A DNA stretch of 64,000 nucleotides from Cloacimonetes bacterium UBA3541 (GTDB lineage Bacteria; Cloacimonadota; Cloacimonadia; Cloacimonadales; Cloacimonadaceae): assembly GCA_002376725.1 (NCBI GenBank), contig DFOM01000059.1:25113-89112 (forward strand), written 5' to 3'. Positions within the stretch are counted from its first letter, which is position 1; each line of letters starts with the position of its first letter. A program made the translations under genes and the position numbers. Below, in pieces: positions 8,903 to 18,953 of the stretch. Under the pieces are notes generated by a model. It searched no databases and was not told the origin of the DNA. It saw nothing but the letters and a program-made list of their open reading frames with translations.

Positions 8903-9835
8903 ATGAGAGACGATAATAAAATATCGGTTTGGGAACCGGAGATTTTTCCTGATCGGCGTATCAAAATCAGTTTTGAAAGCTTGGGTAATTCGCGCAGCTT
9001 TAAGGTACAACCCTGGCTTTTATATGCGATTTTACTGGTCATTATCGTTGGAATTATACTTCTTTGTATTGCTGCTTTCCGCGGTCCTGATAAGGAAAAC
9101 CTCAATAGAATTCACCGCTTAGAGACCGAAAATCAATACCTGCAAAGCGAACTGGAAAAATTCAATACTCAACTTGATTCAATTAATGCTTTACTGGATT
9201 CATTAAAGATAAAATCCGCCAGTAGGGAAATTAATTATCCTTCTTACAGCGAAAATCTTCAGCCAGTGAATAAACTTTTAGTTCATCCTGCTTTGGATAC
9301 AAAGCTTTCTGCCATAGAAATTAAATTGGAAGTGATAAAAAATCGTTTAACTTACCTGGATTCAAATGGAACTTCTTTAGGAAGCGACTATTTAAGTGAG
9401 GATGAATTGAAAAGTATACCTTCTATCCTACCTACTTTTGGTGAAATTTCCAGCAATTGGGGATTACGCATTCATCCCATTCTGGGTGGAGCAATATGGC
9501 ATCAGGGAATTGATATAGCCAATCAAACTGGCACTCCGGTCTATGCTACTGCAGAAGGCATAGTTTCCAGAGTGGAATCGGATGACGGTTGGGGAAATGT
9601 GATTACCATAGACCATAAAGATGGCTACAGAACCCTGTATGGACATCTCTATAGAAGTAAAGTTCAGCTTGGTGATATTGTTTGTAAGGGTCAAATAATT
9701 GGCTTGATTGGAAGCACAGGAATGTCTACGGGTCCTCATTTGCATTATGGAGTTTATCATAATGGAGCACCAGTAAATCCTGCTTACTATTTAAATAGAC
9801 AGGACCTCAGCTATTATAATATGGTTATAAGATGA
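8903..9835 (+). CDS. M23 (LytM-domain) peptidoglycan endopeptidase with N-terminal membrane anchor and coiled coil
   Basis: TM segment LLYAILLVIIVGIILLCIAAF. LytM motifs HQGIDIANQTGTPVYA and GSTGMSTGPHLHYGV. Confidence 0.88.
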   Translation: MRDDNKISVWEPEIFPDRRIKISFESLGNSRSFKVQPWLLYAILLVIIVGIILLCIAAFRGPDKENLNRIHRLETENQYLQSELEKFNTQLDSINALLDSLKIKSASREINYPSYSENLQPVNKLLVHPALDTKLSAIEIKLEVIKNRLTYLDSNGTSLGSDYLSEDELKSIPSILPTFGEISSNWGLRIHPILGGAIWHQGIDIANQTGTPVYATAEGIVSRVESDDGWGNVITIDHKDGYRTLYGHLYRSKVQLGDIVCKGQIIGLIGSTGMSTGPHLHYGVYHNGAPVNPAYYLNRQDLSYYNMVIR

Positions 9836-10476
9836 AGAAAGAAGCAGATACAGCCTGGCTTTTTACAACCACCAGTCCGAACGAGATATTTTCTTTCTAT
9901 AAGAACATAGATTATAATAGAGATTTTATAATTGCCGTAGATGCAGGATTAAATAGAGTAAATAAATTGGGAATTGAGCCAGACCTTATTGTAGGAGATA
10001 TGGATACGGTATCACCTGAGCTACTTGCAAAGTATCCGAATACCAAAAAAATTAATTATGAGATGCAAAAGAATCACACTGATACCGAACTGGCTGTTTT
10101 ATGGTGCCTGGAACATAATATCAAACAAGTCATTATTATAAATGGACTAACTAATCGTTTTGACCATTCTCTGGGATTGTTGCAGAACCTAGCTTTACTT
10201 AATAGTGAAAAGATACCAGCACGAATAGAGTCAGAAAAACAGGTTGTTTTATTTTTGGGGAAAAAATCCCAATTTAAAGGGTATGAAGGCAGCCTATTAT
10301 CTCTCTTTTCTTGGAGTGCAGAATCCACTATCAAAGATTCCGAAGGATTATTTTTCCCTTTGAAGAATTTGACGCTAAGTCAATTTCATACCAGAGGAAT
10401 AAGCAATATAGTGATTTCTTCTTCCCTAACCATTGAGCTTGACAAAGGATTGATTTTGGCTATATTTACTAAGTGA
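9832..10476 (+). CDS. thiN: Thiamine diphosphokinase
   Basis: LIVGDMDTVSPELL, KNHTDTELAV and NRFDHSLGLLQNL match the TPK catalytic domain. The start overlaps the upstream stop (ATGA). Confidence 0.8.
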   Translation: MKKEADTAWLFTTTSPNEIFSFYKNIDYNRDFIIAVDAGLNRVNKLGIEPDLIVGDMDTVSPELLAKYPNTKKINYEMQKNHTDTELAVLWCLEHNIKQVIIINGLTNRFDHSLGLLQNLALLNSEKIPARIESEKQVVLFLGKKSQFKGYEGSLLSLFSWSAESTIKDSEGLFFPLKNLTLSQFHTRGISNIVISSSLTIELDKGLILAIFTK

Positions 10477-10520
10477 TTATATATTATAGATTATTAGTCA
10501 ATAAATTGAGGAGAAAATAG

Positions 10521-10760
10521 ATGCAAACAGCTCAAATACAAGATGAATATTCATTAGAACAAGACCTGCAAAAAGTTGAAGAGATCATAGAGAGAATGAA
10601 AGGTGGACAGTTAAATTTGGAGGAAATGATAAAACTTTATGAAGAGGGAATTGCTTTATTAACCAGATGTAAACAAACTCTGGAACAAGCAGAGCTCAAA
10701 ATCCACCAACTTTCAGCAACTTTCAATCAACCTGAATCTGGGGGAAATAATAATGGATAA
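10521..10760 (+). CDS. xseB: Exodeoxyribonuclease VII small subunit
   Basis: A 79-aa helical protein, LEQDLQKVEEIIERMKGGQLNLEEMIKLYEEGIALLTRCKQTLEQAELKI, in the classical position upstream of ispA. Confidence 0.85.
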   Translation: MQTAQIQDEYSLEQDLQKVEEIIERMKGGQLNLEEMIKLYEEGIALLTRCKQTLEQAELKIHQLSATFNQPESGGNNNG

Positions 10761-11643
10761 AAAAGTGCGATTAAAAAAAGATATGAAAGAAAAGCAGGAA
10801 CTGGTCAATATTATCTTAGACCGTTATCTTCCACGCAAAGATGAATATCCTAAGACCATACATAAAGCAATGCGATATTCTATATTTGCAGGCGGGAAAA
10901 GAATTCGTCCTTATCTCACGATGACCACTTATGAAATGTATAGAAAAACAGTGGAAAAGATTGTTCCTGTAGCTGCTGCTATTGAGATGTTGCACACTTA
11001 TTCTTTAATCCATGATGACCTTCCGGATATTGACAATGATGATTTCCGAAGAGGCAAAAAATCCTGCCATATACTATTTGGTGAAGGACAAGCTCTTCTT
11101 GCAGGAGATGCACTTCTTGTAAGTTCCTTTGATTTAATCACTCTAGCAGAAATTAAGACAGAACATCGGGTCAGATTTGTTCGCGAACTAGCAGAAGTGG
11201 CTGGAGTTAATGGATTAATTGGTGGTCAAATGATGGATATTGTATCTGAAGGTAAAAAAGTAGATAAAAAAACCATAGATTATATCCATAAGAACAAGAC
11301 AGCTAAGCTTATTCAACTTTCCGTACATTTTGGTGCTATAGCTGGAGGTGCACCAGAATCCGAATTGAATGCTCTGGAAGATTATGGTGAAAAAATTGGT
11401 TTTGCTTTCCAAATTGCTGATGATTTACTGGATATTGAAGGGACTCCTGATGAATTAGGAAAAAGTGTAGGTAAAGATAAAATTGAGGGAAAAGCAACTT
11501 ATCCTTCTGTTTATGGTATAGCTGAATCAAAAAGTAAATTGCAGGAATTAATTAAAGAAGCTAGACAAAGCATTGCCGCTCTTGGTGAAAAAGCTGAACT
11601 GTTAGATGCCTTAGCTGAATATATGTTAACTCGTAAATCATGA
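10753..11643 (+). CDS. ispA: Farnesyl/geranylgeranyl diphosphate synthase (polyprenyl synthetase)
   Basis: First Asp-rich motif LIHDDLPDIDNDDFRRG and second motif FQIADDLLD. Confidence 0.9.
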   Translation: MDKKVRLKKDMKEKQELVNIILDRYLPRKDEYPKTIHKAMRYSIFAGGKRIRPYLTMTTYEMYRKTVEKIVPVAAAIEMLHTYSLIHDDLPDIDNDDFRRGKKSCHILFGEGQALLAGDALLVSSFDLITLAEIKTEHRVRFVRELAEVAGVNGLIGGQMMDIVSEGKKVDKKTIDYIHKNKTAKLIQLSVHFGAIAGGAPESELNALEDYGEKIGFAFQIADDLLDIEGTPDELGKSVGKDKIEGKATYPSVYGIAESKSKLQELIKEARQSIAALGEKAELLDALAEYMLTRKS

Positions 11644-12077
11644 ATATCCGCTATAAACGCCTCAATTCTGATGCTGTCCCACCCCAAAAAATGAGTAGTT
11701 CCAGCTCAGGATGGGACCTTTGTGCCACCATTTCTGAACCTATAATTTTAGCACCTGGTGCCAGAGCAGCTATACCAACAGGTTTGGCTCTGGAAATACC
11801 TCCTGGTTATGAAGGTCAAATTAGACCTCGTAGTGGATTAGCTTTAGATATAGGTTTGGGAATACTGAACAGTCCTGGCACTATTGATGCTGATTACCGA
11901 GGAGAAGTCAAAGTTATATTAATAAATTTATCCTCAGAAGCTATCACGATTAATCCCTTAATGCGCATAGCTCAATTAGTTATATGTCCGGTAATAAATG
12001 ATGTTTGCTTTCAAGAAAGTGAACAATTAAATGAAAGTTTGAGGGCAGATGGAGGCTTTGGCCACACAGGGTATTAA
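11640..12077 (+). CDS. dut: dUTP diphosphatase
   Basis: SSSSGWDLCA and RSGLALDIGLGILNSPGTIDADYRGEV, with C-terminal GGFGHTG. Confidence 0.92.
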   Translation: MNIRYKRLNSDAVPPQKMSSSSSGWDLCATISEPIILAPGARAAIPTGLALEIPPGYEGQIRPRSGLALDIGLGILNSPGTIDADYRGEVKVILINLSSEAITINPLMRIAQLVICPVINDVCFQESEQLNESLRADGGFGHTGY

Positions 12078-12088
12078 AAAGGCTGTAA

Positions 12089-12991
12089 ATGAAAATAGAA
12101 GAAAAGATTATAAAACTTAAAAAAGAAAAAAATGCGATTATTTTAGCTCATAACTATCAAATCGTACCAATTCAAGACCTGGCTGATTTTCGGGGTGATT
12201 CCTTACAACTTTCCATTCAAGCAAAAAATAGTCAGGCTCCATTGATTGTTTTTTGCGGTGTCCGCTTTATGGCTGAAACCGCAGCTATCCTCAATCCTGA
12301 AGCAAAGGTCATTCTTCCTGCAGAAGATGCTGGTTGTCCTTTAGCTGATATGATAAATGCTGAACAACTACGACAATTTAAGGCTCTTCATCCTGAAGCC
12401 AAAGTAGTTTGTTATATTAATTCCAGTGCTGAAGTAAAAGCAGAAAGCGATATCTGTTGCACTTCCGCTAACGCAGTTCAGATAATCAATTCTTTCCCAG
12501 AAAATGAAACTATTCTTTTTGTTCCGGATAAAAACTTAGGTAGCTGGGCAGCTAAACAAAGCAGTAGAAATGTTATTGTCTGGAATGGTTATTGTCCTGT
12601 TCATCAATGGGGTTTCACTCGCAGAGCCTATGACCGTTTAAAAAACCAGTATCCAGATTATAAGATGATTGCCCATCCGGAATGTGATGAAGATATTATT
12701 GCGGTTGCAGATGAAGTTCTTTCAACCAGCGGAATGGAAAAATATATTAAAGCTCACGACAAATTGATTATTGCTACCGATTCATCTTTTTCCGATTATA
12801 TGCAACATCTCTATCCAGAGAAAAAGCTCGTTTCTCTAAATACTAGAGCCTACTGTAATAATATGAGAAAAATTACTCTTAAGAATGTACTCAGATCTCT
12901 GGAAGAGGAAAACTACTTAGTACAAGTACCAGCAGAAACTACTAAAAAAGCCTTGTCCGCATTAAACAAAATGCTGGAGATATCTCACTGA
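12089..12991 (+). CDS. nadA: Quinolinate synthase
   Basis: ILAHNYQIVPIQDLADFRGDSLQLS, VFCGVRFMAETA and the length (300 aa) are typical of NadA. Confidence 0.9.
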   Translation: MKIEEKIIKLKKEKNAIILAHNYQIVPIQDLADFRGDSLQLSIQAKNSQAPLIVFCGVRFMAETAAILNPEAKVILPAEDAGCPLADMINAEQLRQFKALHPEAKVVCYINSSAEVKAESDICCTSANAVQIINSFPENETILFVPDKNLGSWAAKQSSRNVIVWNGYCPVHQWGFTRRAYDRLKNQYPDYKMIAHPECDEDIIAVADEVLSTSGMEKYIKAHDKLIIATDSSFSDYMQHLYPEKKLVSLNTRAYCNNMRKITLKNVLRSLEEENYLVQVPAETTKKALSALNKMLEISH

Positions 12992-13080
12992 AAAATTGCA
13001 CTGCCGTTATCCTTGATGAACAGGGAACTTACATCTATCAAGATAGAGAAGCTCAAGCTATATCTAATGCTGCTATCTGT

Positions 13081-13617
13081 TTGACAAATACGGCTTTAAG
13101 TCTTTTTGCTGACTGCCCTCCTCAACAAGTTTTAGACCTAGGAACAGGTTGTGGTATTATTGCTATCTCTCTAGCAATGGCAAGACCTACCTGGAAGATA
13201 ATGGGGCTGGATATACAGCCTCATCTTATAGAGCTGGCAAAATATAATGCTGAACTCTGTAGTCTGAAAACCGAATTTCAAGTTGCCGACCTTTGCACTT
13301 TTACCGCTGAAACTCCCTATACTCTAATTCTCTCCAATCCTCCCTGGCAACCATTAGGAAGAGGGAAAATTAGCCCTTATCCGGCAAAATATATCAGTCG
13401 TTTTGAAGTTATGTGTTCTATGACAGATATTTTATCTTTTCTAAAAAGAAATCTTGCTATTGAAGGAGATGCTTTACTGCTATATCCAGCTTTTAGAATT
13501 CCAGAACTACAAGCTTTGATTTCCAAGAGTTCACTTGACATAATGGACCTCATTGAGTGTGCTGGTTTTAGGAATCACTTTATTTGCCATATTCATTATA
13601 AAGGACACAAAAAATGA
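13081..13617 (+). CDS. Class I SAM-dependent methyltransferase with NPPW motif (TrmN6/YfiC-like); true start may lie upstream
   Basis: VLDLGTGCGIIAISLA (motif I) and LILSNPPWQP (motif IV). The frame is open back to 12946 but has no canonical start before TTG 13081. Confidence 0.7.
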   Translation: MTNTALSLFADCPPQQVLDLGTGCGIIAISLAMARPTWKIMGLDIQPHLIELAKYNAELCSLKTEFQVADLCTFTAETPYTLILSNPPWQPLGRGKISPYPAKYISRFEVMCSMTDILSFLKRNLAIEGDALLLYPAFRIPELQALISKSSLDIMDLIECAGFRNHFICHIHYKGHKK

Positions 13618-14462
13618 ACCGGAGCTTTTTCTTGATCCTCGTCTTAATAACTCTTGTCTTAATAGGTTGGAGTTATGTTCATTATCAATATTTAGAAAGT
13701 AGAGAATTTCGCTTGAATCATCTCTCTGAAATACCTATCTTTGTTTATATGGACGATCTTAACCATCTGGAACAATTAGCTAGAGAGCTTTTAGAGACCA
13801 TACCTGAAATTGATTCTTTATTCTTGGAATCTGGACTGCAAGCTGCTCAGGAAATGCTTTCTAACTATCCAGAGCTGGGAATTGAACCAAACACTTTAAC
13901 TGAATACCAATTTCCCAATATTTTGTCTATAACCTTCAAGCCCGAGCTTTCTTCTTTTTCTGCTCGAGAGTTGACATTGCAGTTTTTCCACGATAATAAT
14001 GTTCCTTCCAAAGATATAGATGACCAGGGTCCAGCCTGGGCTTTAGCTAAAAAGGAATTAGATTTTTTGAATTCTCGCTGGAGTCAAACCACCTTTTTTA
14101 TTGCCATAACTGTATTTTTAATGATTGTTTTTGCCAGACTTTATCTTTATCTACGGGAAGCTATTTATCGTCAGGGTAAATCTCAAACTCTATTAGAGAA
14201 AGTGCGAGCCAGTGAAATAAATCGTTTACATAATGCCCTTCTTTTAATTTTACCCATTCTCATAAATATAGCTCTATATTACATTTTAATTGCCTTAGAC
14301 AAGTTTTCTCCTTTAATTAACTGGAGTTTTTTCCTCGTTCAATTGATAACTCTAGTTGCTGCTGTAATAACGGCTATACTTATCAATAAACTATCTTCCC
14401 CGAGCAAGGAAAGTTCTAAAATAACCGTGGCAGTTCCTCTTGATTCAAGGATTGATGAGTAA
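13614..14462 (+). CDS. ftsX: FtsX-like membrane protein (TM1, periplasmic domain, three C-terminal TMs)
   Basis: Topology plus an ECD-like stretch IPIFVYMDDLNHLEQLARELLETIPEIDSLFLESGLQAAQEML...FPNILSITFKPE. No ftsE is adjacent, so the call is tentative. Confidence 0.45.
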   Translation: MNRSFFLILVLITLVLIGWSYVHYQYLESREFRLNHLSEIPIFVYMDDLNHLEQLARELLETIPEIDSLFLESGLQAAQEMLSNYPELGIEPNTLTEYQFPNILSITFKPELSSFSARELTLQFFHDNNVPSKDIDDQGPAWALAKKELDFLNSRWSQTTFFIAITVFLMIVFARLYLYLREAIYRQGKSQTLLEKVRASEINRLHNALLLILPILINIALYYILIALDKFSPLINWSFFLVQLITLVAAVITAILINKLSSPSKESSKITVAVPLDSRIDE

Positions 14463-15024
14463 AATTCCCAATCTTCTTACCTGTATAAGGTTAGCTCTGG
14501 TTCCTGTCTTTATAATATTAATCTTTTTTTGTCAGAGTGAAAATCATATTATCTGGGCTTTCTTTGTCTTTATTATTGCTACAATTACGGATTTTTTGGA
14601 TGGCTATCTGGCTCGGAAATGGAAAGTGATTTCCGATTTTGGTAAGATTGCTGACCCCTTAGCGGATAAACTTATTGTCCTCTCTGCTCTTGCAGCTCTA
14701 ACCTTTCTACCACCTTATAAATTATTTGTCCTTATCTTTATTGTAATAGCCCTCCGTGAAATAGTTATAACCATTATGCGTGAAATACTTAAAAAGCAGG
14801 GAATTGTAATGCCTGCAGATAAACTGGGTAAATGGAAAACATCGCTTCAAATGATAGGTATTATTCTTGCCCTATTCTTATGGGCTTGGTTCCCTGAAAT
14901 TGCCTTAAAATCTACAACTCGGCTTATTGCTAATATCTGGTTTTCTCTAGTTGCCTTGCTTACTGTTTATAGTGGATTAAATTATCTAAAGCTTTTACCA
15001 AAACTTCTTAAAAAAGGAGAATAA
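14455..15024 (+). CDS. pgsA: CDP-diacylglycerol--glycerol-3-phosphate 3-phosphatidyltransferase
   Basis: DFLDGYLARKWKVISDFGKIADPLADK (CDP-alcohol phosphatidyltransferase signature). ATG 14455 gives MSKIPNLLTCIRL. The track ORF starts at in-frame TTG 14440. Confidence 0.88.
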   Translation: MSKIPNLLTCIRLALVPVFIILIFFCQSENHIIWAFFVFIIATITDFLDGYLARKWKVISDFGKIADPLADKLIVLSALAALTFLPPYKLFVLIFIVIALREIVITIMREILKKQGIVMPADKLGKWKTSLQMIGIILALFLWAWFPEIALKSTTRLIANIWFSLVALLTVYSGLNYLKLLPKLLKKGE

Positions 15025-15026
15025 CA

Positions 15027-16115
15027 ATGAAAAAATGCTTTTATCTAACGCTTATCCTGATTTTGGTCTCCCTAGTTGCCTGCAAAAAACAGGAAACAAC
15101 GAAGGAGCCTCCTAAAAATTTCTATACTAAGTATCAAAATTTAGTTGATCTCTCCAAACCTCTTGCCTTTGGAGATGATAATGTTATCTATATCTTTGCT
15201 GAAGATAATAATCTTAAAAGTGTAGAAAGTAGTTTGAATGCATCTCTCACTCGCACTATTCAGATTATAATTGATGAGCCCTATTTTACTACTGAATTTA
15301 AAGACGGTTCTGAAATAAATGACTTTACTAACTATAAGAATCTTATATATTGTGGAACTTTAGATGGTAAAGATAGGGTCTCAACTTTTATAACCTCAAC
15401 ATTAGCTCCGAGTTATATTGATTTGGTGCGTAAAAACGGTTCAGAAATGTTTGTAGTAAATAACTTCTATGTGCGAGACCAGCTTATTATCTATTTAATA
15501 GCCAAAGATGCAACTTCTCTTAAAAATCTGGTAAAAGAGCGAAACGAACAAATCTTTAACTATTATCTGGATCGCTATAAACAGCGTCTTGCCTATCAAG
15601 TTTATTTTAATGAAGTTATTGCTGATGATTACTTTGCCGATTTGCCCTTCACTATTAAGATACCGGTGCTTTATATGGTTTTTAAAGAGGATAAACCAGG
15701 TCATTTCTTGTCCTTTATTTATCAACCTGCCAATCCTAACTCAAATCTTCCTGATAAATATGTATCCGTTTATTATGAATCTATGCCTGAAAACCAAATC
15801 TCCGAAGATTGGATTTATCGCACCCGTCAGATGTTAGGTAAAAAATACTTAGATGGCGATGAAATCTACGATAAAAAATACACTACCGAAAAAGTTAAGA
15901 TAGCAGAATATGATGGCTTAAAGATGTATGGGCACTGGATTAACAAGAAACTATCCGGAGGAGTAGGTGGAGCTTTCCAGAGCTTTGCTTTTTGGGATGC
16001 AAAAACAAAAACTGCCTACTTGGTTGATAATATCATCTATGCGCCAAATATTACCTATAAACTTCCCTATCTTCTTGAACTGGAAATGGTATCTCAATCT
16101 ATCACTATTAAATGA
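15027..16115 (+). CDS. Lipoprotein of unknown function
   Basis: Lipobox LILVSLVACKKQ. A long uninterrupted ORF in an operon-like array. No motif I can name. Confidence 0.6.
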   Translation: MKKCFYLTLILILVSLVACKKQETTKEPPKNFYTKYQNLVDLSKPLAFGDDNVIYIFAEDNNLKSVESSLNASLTRTIQIIIDEPYFTTEFKDGSEINDFTNYKNLIYCGTLDGKDRVSTFITSTLAPSYIDLVRKNGSEMFVVNNFYVRDQLIIYLIAKDATSLKNLVKERNEQIFNYYLDRYKQRLAYQVYFNEVIADDYFADLPFTIKIPVLYMVFKEDKPGHFLSFIYQPANPNSNLPDKYVSVYYESMPENQISEDWIYRTRQMLGKKYLDGDEIYDKKYTTEKVKIAEYDGLKMYGHWINKKLSGGVGGAFQSFAFWDAKTKTAYLVDNIIYAPNITYKLPYLLELEMVSQSITIK

Positions 16116-17842
16116 AATCCCCTTCTAAACATATACTACTTTTATGTATCTTCTTGCTGGCACTATCTTCTGGTGCCAGCAAGCATAATGATGAGGTTTC
16201 TTCAAATATAACATCAAATTATCGTGCCTTTTGGTCCTATACCTTAGCTTCCTATTACTATTTTGATGGGGACTATGTCTCTGCTAATAAATTTTTCAAG
16301 CAATCTTTAAAATATGAACCGCAATCTACTACTATCAGAAAACAATTTCTCTTAAATTCCTTTGAACTTTATCAAAATAAAGGCATATCAGCAAAAAAAC
16401 TCCAGAAACTAATAGATGATTATAGGAAACATACTCCTTTAGATGAAGATTTACTCTATGCAGCATATAACTTTTACGGACAGAAAAAAAATGAAGCGGA
16501 ACTTTTAAAGATAATTGATGAATTACAGAACAGGTATCCTTCTCCGCGTGCTTACATTCAGAGTTTTCTTTTTGAACTGCAATACCATAAAAAAGTTTCC
16601 CCTGAATATCTTACTCAAGCACAAGAACTGGCTGGTAATAACCCTAGCTATTACCCCCTATTGATTAGACTCTGGTCATTTTTCAATCCTGAAATGGAAA
16701 AACAGTCTATACTGCGCTATTATGAACTGGATAAAGGAGATCAAGCAAACTCCTTTCTGGCAGAATATATTGTTCGTAACCTTGATCTTGAACTTGCTCA
16801 TCAGTATCTTTCTTCTCTAAATTATCCTGAAGATAAAGATTATATGCTCTATTTTGCCTCTGCTCAATGGTCTGAACAACCTAATCCACTTTTACCTGAT
16901 TTAGCAGATTATTTTCTTAAAACTTCAGATTTAGAACTCATTTCAGAACTTGCTCTTTCTGCTCTAACTCAACATCGCTGGGATTTATTTCCTGAAATTG
17001 AAGCAGCAGTTGAATCTTCTTATGCACCAGAGGAAGAAAAACAATCTTTGTATTCTCTCTTGATTGCTTATGCTATCTATCTTTCTAAAGATATACCCTT
17101 ATCCCCTATTCTGAACAAACTCACTGAACTTAAATACTTTGATGCCATTTTTATTTATTATAGCTGCGCAGTTAACCAAAAAATAGACCCAGAGGTCAAA
17201 CTTCCTGCTGCTAAAGATTATGAGCATTTCATCAACGAGATTAAAAAGCGCTTACCAGATGAACCTCCAGCTCGTTATCTGCAAGTAATTGCTTCTCCAG
17301 AGGTAGAGAATTCCGAACCTCTGGTTTTAGATAGTAAATATGAACTGGCTCTCTGGCTTCGGGAAAATCATACCCTCTGTCCTGAAGATTATGAAGTTAT
17401 TATTTATTATTGTCACCTAAAAAAGAATTTTTCCGAAGAACGAAACTTTCTTGAAGAAGCCATAACTAATTGTCCTGACTATCCATCTTTCTATAATGAC
17501 CTTGGCTATTCTATGCTTATTAATGGAGAAAACTCTGAACAAGCTGCATCTTTGATTCGTAAAGCTCTCACTTATGAACCTGAAAATCCCTTTTTTCTGG
17601 ATAGCCTTGCCTGGTATTATTATCTAAATGGAAATTATTCCGAAGCTTTAAATCTTATGTCCATCCCTCAGAAAATGGAAAATATGCCTGCCGAAATTGC
17701 CTGGCATATGGGAGCAATTCATCTGGCTTTAAAGAACTATAAAGATGCTCAAACCTGGCTGCAAAAATGCCTCACTATAGATAACGACCCTGAATCTGAA
17801 GAATTAGCTGAAAAAGCCCTGAAACAAATACCCAAAAAATAA
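16112..17842 (+). CDS. Secreted TPR-repeat protein
   Basis: Signal peptide, then TPR-like repeats. Examples: YYYFDGDYVSANKFFKQSLKYEP, AWYYYLNGNYSEALNLM, HLALKNYKDAQTWLQKCLTIDN. Confidence 0.75.
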   Translation: MKSPSKHILLLCIFLLALSSGASKHNDEVSSNITSNYRAFWSYTLASYYYFDGDYVSANKFFKQSLKYEPQSTTIRKQFLLNSFELYQNKGISAKKLQKLIDDYRKHTPLDEDLLYAAYNFYGQKKNEAELLKIIDELQNRYPSPRAYIQSFLFELQYHKKVSPEYLTQAQELAGNNPSYYPLLIRLWSFFNPEMEKQSILRYYELDKGDQANSFLAEYIVRNLDLELAHQYLSSLNYPEDKDYMLYFASAQWSEQPNPLLPDLADYFLKTSDLELISELALSALTQHRWDLFPEIEAAVESSYAPEEEKQSLYSLLIAYAIYLSKDIPLSPILNKLTELKYFDAIFIYYSCAVNQKIDPEVKLPAAKDYEHFINEIKKRLPDEPPARYLQVIASPEVENSEPLVLDSKYELALWLRENHTLCPEDYEVIIYYCHLKKNFSEERNFLEEAITNCPDYPSFYNDLGYSMLINGENSEQAASLIRKALTYEPENPFFLDSLAWYYYLNGNYSEALNLMSIPQKMENMPAEIAWHMGAIHLALKNYKDAQTWLQKCLTIDNDPESEELAEKALKQIPKK

Positions 17843-17989
17843 ATCATATCATTTATCACTAGAACTTAACATAGACCTTTCCACTACTATCCGAAATAAT
17901 AATCTTTCCTTTTTATCTCTATTCTCCGAAAAATAGCATTATTCTATTGACAAATATAAGAACTATCTAATTTTGTTTTTGAAATGTGT

Positions 17990-18064
17990 TCCGGAATAGC
18001 TCAACGGTAGAGCAGGTGGCTGTTAACCACTTGGTTGGGGGTTCGAATCCCTCTTCCGGAGCCA
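17990..18064 (+). tRNA. tRNA-Asn (anticodon GTT)
   Basis: Acceptor stem TCCGGAA/TTCCGGA. Anticodon stem GGTGG/CCACT with loop CTGTTAA. T-loop GGTTCGAATCC. CCA is encoded and followed by a T7 run. Confidence 0.9.
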
Positions 18065-18953
18065 TTTTTTTGTAATTTTCACCTACAGCATTCACGATTT
18101 AATAATACTATAAATACAAAGAATTAGAAAAAACTATCAGACCTTCATAATAACTTATCATCGTTTCCATATTTAAAAAAACCTCAATATTAGATTTGAT
18201 ATTCTGAAAAATAATCTGAAAGATTTTTGTTTGAGTAATAAATATCTGCTACTAATTATCCTTAGTCGCCAATTGTTTTTTGGGGGGTCCTAATCTCATC
18301 CATTTTATTTAAATTCAGGTTTGACAATCCCTTTTTTTAGCTACTTCATATTCTCTTTCATTTTTTTGGGGTAAAATTATAACAAATTAGATAGACAGTA
18401 TCTTCTGTTTTGTTGTCCCACTTCCATCCATTTTTAACCTTAAATATATCACCATCTATACTGCACTTAATGTAAATTCTTAATTAGCTCTGAATGAATA
18501 TAAATAAAACTTGACTTTTCCCCTAAATTTTTTTTGTATATATAACATAAAATATAATATGGAAGTTCTATAAAGACGTGATGCTACGAAAAATAAGAAT
18601 GTACCAAATTTAATAAAGGAAATTAGGAATAAACATATCTTTACATATGAACAATACGCACAGTTGATAGCAGTGACATTATCAACGATAAAAGCTATGT
18701 GAAAGGTACTCAGATTCCTCACCCCTTGTATTTCAGAAACTTTTTGAAATGTAAGAGGAAGGAGGGATTGAAAAACTCATAATATAACTTATTATGAATT
18801 TATGAATTCTACAATAGTTGGACTGGAAATTAAAATTCCAAATTACTGGAGCGTTAATTTATCAGAAAAAGAAAGCTTTAATATAATGCCATTTATTGGA
18901 ATAATGCTTCTCATTCATAAACTTAATAAAAACTCAGAAAAAAGAGGAATGAT

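Noticed and set aside
10521-10760. Missing xseA next to xseB as an anomaly
   Set aside because: xseB-ispA(-dxs) without an adjacent xseA is the common bacterial arrangement. This is not unusual.
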